From: an uncultured Chloroflexia bacterium
GTDB lineage: Bacteria > Chloroflexota > Limnocylindria > Limnocylindrales > CSP1-4
DNA: 64,000 bases
Assembly: GCA_963713975.1 (NCBI GenBank)
Contig: OY970218.1
Location: forward strand, 3,552,001 to 3,616,000
Reading direction: 5' to 3'
Shown here one piece after another: positions 57,014 to 64,000 of the stretch. The notes beneath the pieces are model-generated. The model was not told where the DNA came from. It was given only the letters and a program-made list of their open reading frames with translations, and did not search any database. The position numbers and the translations under genes were made by a program. Within the stretch, counting starts at the first letter, position 1; the number at the start of each line of letters is the position of its first letter.

Positions 57014-58287
57014 CGGATGAAGCCTTCGTACTGCCTGATGAGCAGCTGTGCCTCGAGCTGCTTCATCGTCTCGACGACCACGGACACCACGATCAGGATG
57101 CCCGTGCCGCCCAGCGCGAGCCCGCTCAGCTGCGGCTGGATCATCCCGATGAAGGGCGGCAGCGCCGCCACTATGCCCAGGAACAGGGCACCGGCGACGG
57201 TGATCCGGGTGACCACCCGCGCCAGGTAGTCCTGGGTGGGCCGGCCGGGCCGGATCCCCGGGATGAACCCGCCGTTCTTGCGCAGCTGCTCGGCCGTCTC
57301 GTCCGGCTTGAACGTGAACGCCGTGTAGAAGTAGGTGAAGCCGAACGTGAGCAGGAAGTACAGGATCACGTACAGCCACGATCCCTGCGACAGCCAGGTG
57401 GTGATGCCCGTCGCGATCTCCCCGACCAATCCCGGCGAGCTCGTGAAGTAGCTTGCGATCTGGGCCGGGAAGAGCAGGATGCTGACCGCGAAGATGATCG
57501 GGATGACACCTGCCTGGTTGACCCGGAGCGGCAGGAACGTCTGGCCGCCCTGGTACATGCGGCGTCCGCGCACGCGGGACGCGTACTGGATCGGAATTCG
57601 ACGCTGGCCTTCCTGGATGTAGATGATCACCGCGACGGCGGCGATCGCCAGGATGCCGAACAGCACGAGCCGCGCGAGATCCGGGCTGTTGATGAAGGAG
57701 AGCACGGCGCCCGGCGCCCGGCTGACGATGCCCGCGAAGATGATGAAGCTGACGCCGTTGCCGATCCCCTTCTCCGTGATCAGCTCGCCGATCCACATCA
57801 GGGTGATCGAGCCGGCCGTGAGGGTGACGATCTGGGTCAGCGTCTCCCAGCTGCCGAGGTCGAACGGCGTCGAGAGGACGCCGTTGGCATTCAGGAGCGC
57901 CATGAACCCGTAGGCCTGCAGGAGGGCCAGCGGCACCGACAGGTAGCGCGTGTACTGGTTGATCTTGGTCCGGCCGTACTCACCCTCGCGCTGGAGCGCC
58001 TGCAGCGAGGGGACGACGCCCGTCATCAGCTGCATGATGATCGACGCGTTGATGTACGGGTTCACGCCCAGGGCAACGACCGAGAAGTTGGTCAGGCCAC
58101 CGCCGGAGAACAGGTCGAGCAACCCGAAGATCGGGCTCTGCTCGAGGAAGTTCGCGAGCTGCGTGCGGTCGACGCCCGGAACCGGCACGTGGGCCAGCAG
58201 TCGGAAGACCAGCAGCATCCCCGCGACGAACATGATCCGGCGCCGGAGATCCGGCGCCCGGAACGCGTTGAGGAGGGCCTCGAACAC
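57010..58287 (-). CDS. secY: Preprotein translocase SecY
   Basis: LGVNPYINASII, GIGNGVS, AGVIPIIFA, FIPGIRPG, GGTGILIVV. Confidence 0.98.
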   Translation of the reverse strand: MFEALLNAFRAPDLRRRIMFVAGMLLVFRLLAHVPVPGVDRTQLANFLEQSPIFGLLDLFSGGGLTNFSVVALGVNPYINASIIMQLMTGVVPSLQALQREGEYGRTKINQYTRYLSVPLALLQAYGFMALLNANGVLSTPFDLGSWETLTQIVTLTAGSITLMWIGELITEKGIGNGVSFIIFAGIVSRAPGAVLSFINSPDLARLVLFGILAIAAVAVIIYIQEGQRRIPIQYASRVRGRRMYQGGQTFLPLRVNQAGVIPIIFAVSILLFPAQIASYFTSSPGLVGEIATGITTWLSQGSWLYVILYFLLTFGFTYFYTAFTFKPDETAEQLRKNGGFIPGIRPGRPTQDYLARVVTRITVAGALFLGIVAALPPFIGMIQPQLSGLALGGTGILIVVSVVVETMKQLEAQLLIRQYEGFIR

Positions 58288-58293
58288 GGGCTG

Positions 58294-58872
58294 TTAGCCG
58301 TTGTCGGTCGTGTCGTCGGCCGCATCGGCCACGGGGGCCGCGACCGCCGGCTCGCCGGCAGGCTCGACGCCGAGCGCCGGGAGCGGCTCACTGGGGATCT
58401 CGATCACCTGGGCCGTGCCGCCGGCCGCCTCGATCTTCTCGCGAGCGGTCCGGGTGAAGGCGTCGGCGAGTACGAACAGCTTGGCCGAGACCTCGCCGTC
58501 GCCCAGGATCTTGAGCGGCAGCCGGTCGCGTCGGACGAGGCCCGCCGCCTTGAGGGTGTCGGCGTTGACCGTGACCGGCGCGCCCTTCTCCTGCTGCAGC
58601 CTGCCCGCCTCGATGGCGGCACTGATGGCGCCGACGTTGACAACCTCGTAGGTGATGTCGTTGACGTTGCGGAAGCCGCGCAGCTTCGGGATCCGGATGT
58701 GAAGAGGCGTCTGGCCGCCCTCGAACCACGCGGGGATCGAGGCACCGGCGCGCGACTTCTGGCCCTTCGTGCCGCGGCCTGCGGTCTTGCCCTTGCCGGC
58801 GGCGATGCCGCGGCCGACGCGGGTCTTCTTGGTGACCGACCCCACGGCGGGGCGCAGGTCGTGGATCTTCAT
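58294..58872 (-). CDS. rplO: 50S ribosomal protein L15
   Basis: RVGRG..GKGKTAGRGTKGQKSR, FEGGQTPL, KILGDG. Confidence 0.97.
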   Translation of the reverse strand: MKIHDLRPAVGSVTKKTRVGRGIAAGKGKTAGRGTKGQKSRAGASIPAWFEGGQTPLHIRIPKLRGFRNVNDITYEVVNVGAISAAIEAGRLQQEKGAPVTVNADTLKAAGLVRRDRLPLKILGDGEVSAKLFVLADAFTRTAREKIEAAGGTAQVIEIPSEPLPALGVEPAGEPAVAAPVADAADDTTDNG

Positions 58873-59090
58873 CAGTTCGTCTCCGGGGTCGTCGCGTCCG
58901 CGCCCTCGGGGAGCTCCTCGACGGTCACGAGGAAGCGGACCTGGCGGACCATCCCGCGGACGGCAGGGTTGTCCGGCAGGGTCGACGTGCTGCCGATGCC
59001 ATGCAGGCCCAGGGCGCGGATGGTCGCCCGGTTGCGGGCGATGTGGCTGATGGTGCTCTTGGTCTGCGTGACGCGGAGCCTAGCGGCCAT
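58872..59090 (-). CDS. rpmD: 50S ribosomal protein L30
   Basis: [23 protein letters not shown]; position in the spc operon. Confidence 0.95.
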   Translation of the reverse strand: MAARLRVTQTKSTISHIARNRATIRALGLHGIGSTSTLPDNPAVRGMVRQVRFLVTVEELPEGADATTPETN

Positions 59091-59619
59091 CGGCCACCTC
59101 CGTCACCGCGGCCGGCTGGCCGGGCACGACCAGGCGGATCTTCACGCCACGCTGGCGAGCCACGTCCTCGACGGAGCGCAGGCTCGTGAGCGCGTTGAGC
59201 GTCGCCCGGGTCACGTTCACGGGGTTCGTGGACCCGTGGATCTTGGACAGGATGTCGCGGATGCCCGCGGCCTCGACGACGGCGCGCACGGCGCCACCTG
59301 CGATGACGCCGGTCCCCTTGGAGGCCGGCTTGAGCAGCACGCGCGCGGCGGCGTACTCCTCGCGGACCTCGTGAGGGATCGTGCTCCCGACCATGGGAAT
59401 GCGCACGATGTTCTTCTTGGCGTCTTCGACGCCCTTGCGGATGGACTCCGGCACGTCACCGGCCTTGCCCAGGCCGACGCCGACATGGCCGTTGCCATCA
59501 CCCACGACGATGACCGCCGAGAACGAGAAGCGCCGGCCGCCCTTGTGCACCTTGGCGACACGATTGATCTGGACGACGCGCTCCTCGAGCGCGAGCTTGT
59601 TGGGGTCGATGCGGGCCAC
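59080..59619 (-). CDS. rpsE: 30S ribosomal protein S5
   Basis: [33 protein letters not shown]. Confidence 0.98.
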   Translation of the reverse strand: MARIDPNKLALEERVVQINRVAKVHKGGRRFSFSAVIVVGDGNGHVGVGLGKAGDVPESIRKGVEDAKKNIVRIPMVGSTIPHEVREEYAAARVLLKPASKGTGVIAGGAVRAVVEAAGIRDILSKIHGSTNPVNVTRATLNALTSLRSVEDVARQRGVKIRLVVPGQPAAVTEVADGR

Positions 59620-59630
59620 AGGCGTTTCCT

Positions 59631-59996
59631 CTAGAAGTCGAGACCGGCCTCGCGGGCCGCCTCGGCGAGCGAGCGAACCCGCCCGTGGTACTGGAAGCCC
59701 GCCCGATCGAACACCACCTTCTCCACCCCGGCCGCCCTGGCGCGCTCGGCGACGAGCTGGCCGACGCGCTTGGCGTCGTCCATCTTCGTGCCGGAGGCGC
59801 CCTTGGAGCCGGACTCGAGCGAGGATGCGGCGGCGAGCGTGCTGCCGCTGGTGTCGTCGATGACCTGGGCGTAGATGTGACTGAGGCTCCGGAAGACCGC
59901 GAGGCGCGGGCGCGACCCGGTCCCGGAGAGGCGGAGGCGGAGCCGCTCGTGGCGCTTGATGCGCGAGGACGTGCGGCTGGCGGCGACCTTCTTCAT
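59631..59996 (-). CDS. rplR: 50S ribosomal protein L18
   Basis: [36 protein letters not shown]. Confidence 0.97.
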   Translation of the reverse strand: MKKVAASRTSSRIKRHERLRLRLSGTGSRPRLAVFRSLSHIYAQVIDDTSGSTLAAASSLESGSKGASGTKMDDAKRVGQLVAERARAAGVEKVVFDRAGFQYHGRVRSLAEAAREAGLDF

Positions 59997-59999
59997 GGG

Positions 60000-60551
60000 C
60001 TACTTCTTCCCGCCGATCTTGCCGGCCTTGCCCGCCTTGCGACGGACCTTCTCGCCGGCATACCGGACGCCCTTGCCCTTGTAGGGTTCGGGCTTGCGGG
60101 TCGCGCGGACCTTGGCCGCCATCTGGCCGACGAGCTCCTTGTCGATGCCCACCACCGCGAGGCGGAGCGGGGTCTCGAGCTCGAAGCTGATGCCGGCAGG
60201 CGGATCGATCTCGACCGGGTGGCTGTAGCCGAGCGCGAGGATGAGCTTCTCGCCCACCTTCTGCGCGCGGTACCCCACGCCGACGATCTCGAGGCCCTTG
60301 CGGTACCCGGCGGTCACGCCGACCACCATGTTGTTGACGAGCGTCCGCGTCAGGCCGTGGAGCGACTTGTCGAGCTTGGTCTCCGTGGGCCGGATGACCG
60401 TGAGCGTGTCGCCCTCGCGCTGGAACTCCATGCGCGGCGGCAGCTGCCGGGTCAGGGTCCCCTTGGGCCCGGCCACGGTGATGATGCGTCCGTCGAACGT
60501 GATGTCCACGCCTGCCGGGACGGTGATGGGTAGACGACCGATACGGGACAT
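60000..60551 (-). CDS. rplF: 50S ribosomal protein L6
   Basis: [26 protein letters not shown]. Confidence 0.98.
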   Translation of the reverse strand: MSRIGRLPITVPAGVDITFDGRIITVAGPKGTLTRQLPPRMEFQREGDTLTVIRPTETKLDKSLHGLTRTLVNNMVVGVTAGYRKGLEIVGVGYRAQKVGEKLILALGYSHPVEIDPPAGISFELETPLRLAVVGIDKELVGQMAAKVRATRKPEPYKGKGVRYAGEKVRRKAGKAGKIGGKK

Positions 60552-60555
60552 CGGA

Positions 60556-60954
60556 CTACCAGACGTAGGCGAGGATCTCGCCACCCAGCTGGGCCTGCTT
60601 GGCCTCGCTGCCGGTCATGATCCCCTTCGACGTGCTGACGATCACGATGCCCAGACCGCCGAGGACTCGCGGGATGTCCGTCTTCTGCGCGTAGACGCGC
60701 AGGCCCGGCTTGCTGATCCGCTTGAGGCCCGAGACGACCGGCACCTTGCCGTCGACGTACTTGAGTTGCAGGCGCAGGAGCTGCGTCGGTCCCTCGCGTT
60801 CCTCGCTGACGTCGGCGATGAAGCCTTCAGCCATGAGGATCCGCGCGATCTCGCGCTTGGTGCGCGAGGCGGGAACGATCACCTCCGTGTGGCGCGCCCG
60901 GGACGCGTTGCGAACACGCGTGAGCATGTCCGCGATCGGGTCGGAGACGTTCAT
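60556..60954 (-). CDS. rpsH: 30S ribosomal protein S8
   Basis: [29 protein letters not shown]. Confidence 0.98.
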   Translation of the reverse strand: MNVSDPIADMLTRVRNASRARHTEVIVPASRTKREIARILMAEGFIADVSEEREGPTQLLRLQLKYVDGKVPVVSGLKRISKPGLRVYAQKTDIPRVLGGLGIVIVSTSKGIMTGSEAKQAQLGGEILAYVW

Positions 60955-60958
60955 CTTC

Positions 60959-61144
60959 TTACCAGCTCGACTTCGTGACGCCGGGCAGCTCGCCGACGAG
61001 CGCGCGCTCGCGGAAGCAGATGCGGCACAGCGCGAAGCGGCGCATGTATGCGCGCGGCCTCCCGCACACGGAACAGCGGTGATACCCCTGAACCGGGTGC
61101 TTCGGCTCGCGGTTCGCTTTCGCGATCATGGACTTCTTGGCCAT
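60959..61144 (-). CDS. rpsZ: 30S ribosomal protein S14, zinc-binding type Z
   Basis: 61 aa; [24 protein letters not shown]. Confidence 0.97.
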   Translation of the reverse strand: MAKKSMIAKANREPKHPVQGYHRCSVCGRPRAYMRRFALCRICFRERALVGELPGVTKSSW

Positions 61145-61163
61145 CTGGACTCCTCCCCGCGCC

Positions 61164-61706
61164 CTAGCCGGCGAAGGGCATGCCGAGGAGTTCGAGCAGG
61201 CGCTTCGATTCCTCGTCGGTCTTCGCCGTCGTCACGATGCTGATCTCCAGCCCGCGGAGACGATCCACCTTGTCATAGTCGATCTCGGGAAAGGCAAGCT
61301 GCTCCCGGAGGCCGAGCGAGTAGTTGCCGCGCCCGTCGAAGGACTTGCTCGGGACGCCCCGGAAGTCACGGATGCGCGGCAGCGCGATCCGGGTGAGGCG
61401 CTCGAGGAAGTCCCACATCCGCTCGCCGCGAAGGGTCACCTTCACGCCGATCGGGTTGCCCGTGCGGACACGGAACTGGGCGATCGAACGCTTGGCCCGG
61501 GTGACGATCGGCTTCTGGCCCGTGATGAGCTGGATGTCTCCGACCGCCGCATCCACGGCTTTCGCGTTGCTGAGGGCCTCGCCCAGGCCGATGTTGACGA
61601 CGATCTTGTCGACGCGCGGCACCTGCATCGGGTTCGTGTACTCGAACTGCTTGCGCAGCGCGGGCACGACCTCCGCCGTGTAGCGCTCCTTGAGCTGGCC
61701 GCTCAC
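61164..61706 (-). CDS. rplE: 50S ribosomal protein L5
   Basis: [35 protein letters not shown]. Confidence 0.98.
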   Translation of the reverse strand: MSGQLKERYTAEVVPALRKQFEYTNPMQVPRVDKIVVNIGLGEALSNAKAVDAAVGDIQLITGQKPIVTRAKRSIAQFRVRTGNPIGVKVTLRGERMWDFLERLTRIALPRIRDFRGVPSKSFDGRGNYSLGLREQLAFPEIDYDKVDRLRGLEISIVTTAKTDEESKRLLELLGMPFAG

Positions 61707-62146
61707 GACTTCACCTCCAGGGGATCGGCGCAATGGAGGCAGACGCGGACCCGGGAGCCGTTGTCCAGGGTCCGGTGGCCGACCCGCGTGGGGCGATCAC
61801 AGTGGCCGCACACGACCATGACCCGGCTGATCGGCATCGGCATGGCGTGGTCCAGGATGCCGCCCGGATCGACGGTCGGCATGGAGCCCGGGCCACCCTG
61901 CGACCGCTGGCGCGGCTTGGTGTGCTTGCGAGCGATGTTGAGACCCTCGACGACCACGTAGGCGCCGCCCTTGAGTGACACCCGGCGGTAGCCGGAGCGG
62001 ACGGCCGACGGCGACGGGTCGCGGCGGATCACCCGATCCACCTTGCCGCGCTTGCCGGCGTCCTTGCCCGCGATCACGATCACGGTGTCGCCCTTGCGGA
62101 TCTCGGGCACCTTCGTCTGGTGCTCGATCGACCGTGTGGTCATCAC
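61703..62146 (-). CDS. rplX: 50S ribosomal protein L24
   Basis: [29 protein letters not shown]. Confidence 0.94.
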   Translation of the reverse strand: MMTTRSIEHQTKVPEIRKGDTVIVIAGKDAGKRGKVDRVIRRDPSPSAVRSGYRRVSLKGGAYVVVEGLNIARKHTKPRQRSQGGPGSMPTVDPGGILDHAMPMPISRVMVVCGHCDRPTRVGHRTLDNGSRVRVCLHCADPLEVKS

Positions 62147-62511
62147 AGCACCTCCGGGGCGAGCGAGACGATCTTCATGTAGTTGCGGTCCCGGAGCTCG
62201 CGCGCCACGGGCCCGAAGATCCGGGTGCCGCGCGGGTTGCCCTGGTTGTTGATCAGCACGGCGGCGTTCTCGTCGAAGCGGATGTAGCTGCCATCCGGCC
62301 GGCCGACCTCCTTCGACGTGCGGACGATCACCGCCCGGACGACGTCGCCCTTCTTGACCGGTGCGTTCGGGGTCGCGGTCTTGACGCTCGCCACGATCAC
62401 GTCACCGATCCCGGCGACGGTCTTGCGCGAGCGCCCCATCACCCGGATGCACTCGATCGTCCGGGCGCCGGTGTTGTCGGCGACGCGGAGGCGGGTGGAA
62501 GCCTGGATCAC
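62143..62511 (-). CDS. rplN: 50S ribosomal protein L14
   Basis: [33 protein letters not shown]. Confidence 0.98.
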   Translation of the reverse strand: MIQASTRLRVADNTGARTIECIRVMGRSRKTVAGIGDVIVASVKTATPNAPVKKGDVVRAVIVRTSKEVGRPDGSYIRFDENAAVLINNQGNPRGTRIFGPVARELRDRNYMKIVSLAPEVL

Positions 62512-62891
62512 GCCTCGCCCTCCTCACCCTCGGCCTGCTTGCCGGGGTGGGCGCCGTGGATCGCCTCGGTGGTCGCGGCCTCCTCGGCCGGGATCACCTC
62601 GCCGGCCCGCTCCTCGCCCGAACGGGAGAGGACGGACACCAGGCGCCAGCGCTTGGTGGCCGAGAGGGGGCGCGATTCCTCGATCAGGACGGTGTCGCCG
62701 ATCTTGGCCTCGTTGAGCTCGTCGTGGGCCGCGAACTTGGTCGAGGCCTTCATGACGCGCTTGTAGAGCGGGTGACGCGTCAGGCGCTCGACGGACACGA
62801 CGATCGTCTTGTCCATCTTGTCGCTGACAACGCGACCGGTCTTGGTCTTGCGTTGTCCCTTCACGGGTGTTGTGGCTCCTGCGGTGGGCAT
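62508..62891 (-). CDS. rpsQ: 30S ribosomal protein S17
   Basis: [29 protein letters not shown]. Confidence 0.97.
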   Translation of the reverse strand: MPTAGATTPVKGQRKTKTGRVVSDKMDKTIVVSVERLTRHPLYKRVMKASTKFAAHDELNEAKIGDTVLIEESRPLSATKRWRLVSVLSRSGEERAGEVIPAEEAATTEAIHGAHPGKQAEGEEGEA

Positions 62892-62901
62892 CCCGACGCT
62901 C

Positions 62902-63108
62902 CTACTCGGCCGAGCGCGGCGCGGTGGCGCGCTCGCGCTGGACGGTGAGGATCCGGGCGATCGTCCGTCGTGTCGCCGGGATCTGGCTGTAGTCCTTGAG
63001 CTGGCGGGTCGACAGGGCGAACCTGGCCTGCCAGAGATCCTGCTTGGCCTCCCGGAGCTGGTCGTCGAGCTCGCGATCCGTCAGCTTCCGGACCTCACCG
63101 ATCTCCAT
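62902..63108 (-). CDS. rpmC: 50S ribosomal protein L29
   Basis: [18 protein letters not shown]; position after rplP. Confidence 0.93.
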   Translation of the reverse strand: MEIGEVRKLTDRELDDQLREAKQDLWQARFALSTRQLKDYSQIPATRRTIARILTVQRERATAPRSAE

Positions 63109-63532
63109 CGGTGACCTCCTTCGCGGTCTCGCGGACGACGACACGGGTCGCGACCGGGAGCTTGTGGGACGCGAGGCGCATGGCCTCGACGGCCGCCTCG
63201 CGATCGACGCCGGCCATCTCGAACAGGATCCGGCCTGGGCGCACGACGGCGACCCAGTGATCCGGAGCGCCCTTGCCCGAGCCCATCCGGGTCTCGGCCG
63301 GCTTCTTGGTCGCAGGCTTGTCGGGGAACACGCGGATCCAGATCTTTCCGCCTCGCTTGACCGAGCGGGTCATGGCGCGCCGGGCGGCCTCGATCTGGCG
63401 GGCGGTGATCCACGCCGGCTCGAGGGTGGCCAGCCCGTACTCGCCGAAGGCGACCGTGTGGCCGCCCTTGGCCTGTCCGGACATGCGGCCACGCATCACC
63501 TTGCGGTGCTTGACGCGTCGCGGCATCAGCAT
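63095..63532 (-). CDS. rplP: 50S ribosomal protein L16
   Basis: [32 protein letters not shown]. Confidence 0.98.
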   Translation of the reverse strand: MLMPRRVKHRKVMRGRMSGQAKGGHTVAFGEYGLATLEPAWITARQIEAARRAMTRSVKRGGKIWIRVFPDKPATKKPAETRMGSGKGAPDHWVAVVRPGRILFEMAGVDREAAVEAMRLASHKLPVATRVVVRETAKEVTDGDR

Positions 63533-63536
63533 GGCG

Positions 63537-64000
63537 TCAGACCCCCTGCGCGGCGCCGGCCGCGGCACTGACGGTCGCGGCAGCAGCCTCGCGGCGCTTG
63601 CGCTCGACCGGGATCTCGCCCTTGTAGATCCAGACCTTGACGCCGATCCGACCGTAGGTCGTGTGGGCGTGGACCTGGCCGTAGCTGATGTCGGCGCGCA
63701 GCGTGCCGAGGGGAATGCGCCCCTCGCGGTCCCACTCGCGCCGGCCCATCTCGGAGCCGCCGAGTCGACCGGCGAGGGCGATCTTGACGCCCTTGGCGCC
63801 CGCCTTCATCGACCGCTGGATCGACTGCTTCATCGCCTTCTTGTAGGCGACGCGGCGGGTCAGCTGCTGGGCGATGTTGAGGGCGACGAGGTACGCATCA
63901 AGCTCGGGCTGGCGGATCTCCTTGATCTCCAGCTTGACCTTGCGCTTCGAGAGCTCGCCGATCTCCTTGCGCAGGATCTCGACGTTCTGGCCGCCGCGCC
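63537..64000 (-). CDS. rpsC: 30S ribosomal protein S3, C-terminal part (5' end beyond the window)
   Basis: [36 protein letters not shown]. Confidence 0.97.
   Translation of the reverse strand, partial: RGGQNVEILRKEIGELSKRKVKLEIKEIRQPELDAYLVALNIAQQLTRRVAYKKAMKQSIQRSMKAGAKGVKIALAGRLGGSEMGRREWDREGRIPLGTLRADISYGQVHAHTTYGRIGVKVWIYKGEIPVERKRREAAAATVSAAAGAAQGV

Overview
GC-rich (visually ~70%) bacterial chromosomal segment. Gene content and order (GlyQS-type glycyl-tRNA synthetase, F420-type PPOX enzyme, GlmL-like module, cdaA-cdaR-glmM-glmS) suggest Chloroflexota; this is an inference. From left to right: the 5' end of ppdK, divergent from fpr-nfnA-nfnB; glyQS; an ~18 kb glycerol/dihydroxyacetone island; housekeeping genes (recO, prenyltransferase, CNNM/CorC, glmU, ridA, ispE, rsmA, tsaD-rimI-tsaB-tsaE, a 4-gene uncharacterised insert, alr, nnrD, acpS, glmS, glmM, cdaR, cdaA, TPR protein, argF); and the rpsC-to-rpsI ribosomal superoperon on the minus strand. 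The island holds a divergent DhaL paralog coupled to a soluble GAF-PAS histidine kinase and an OmpR-type regulator, a second DhaM-DhaL pair, glpF-dhaK-dhaL-glpK-dhaM-glpABC, then a short GlpA paralog followed by SdhB/C/D-like genes with no SdhA, a panE-like gene, plsY and HPr. The two best candidates for undescribed systems are (1) a GlpA-type flavoprotein apparently plugged into a complex II Fe-S/cytochrome b module and (2) a DhaL-gated two-component system with a candidate 11-bp-periodic operator upstream of glpF. No tRNA, rRNA, transposase, cas gene or convincing CRISPR array was seen. All calls come from reading motifs by eye; no database searches were run.
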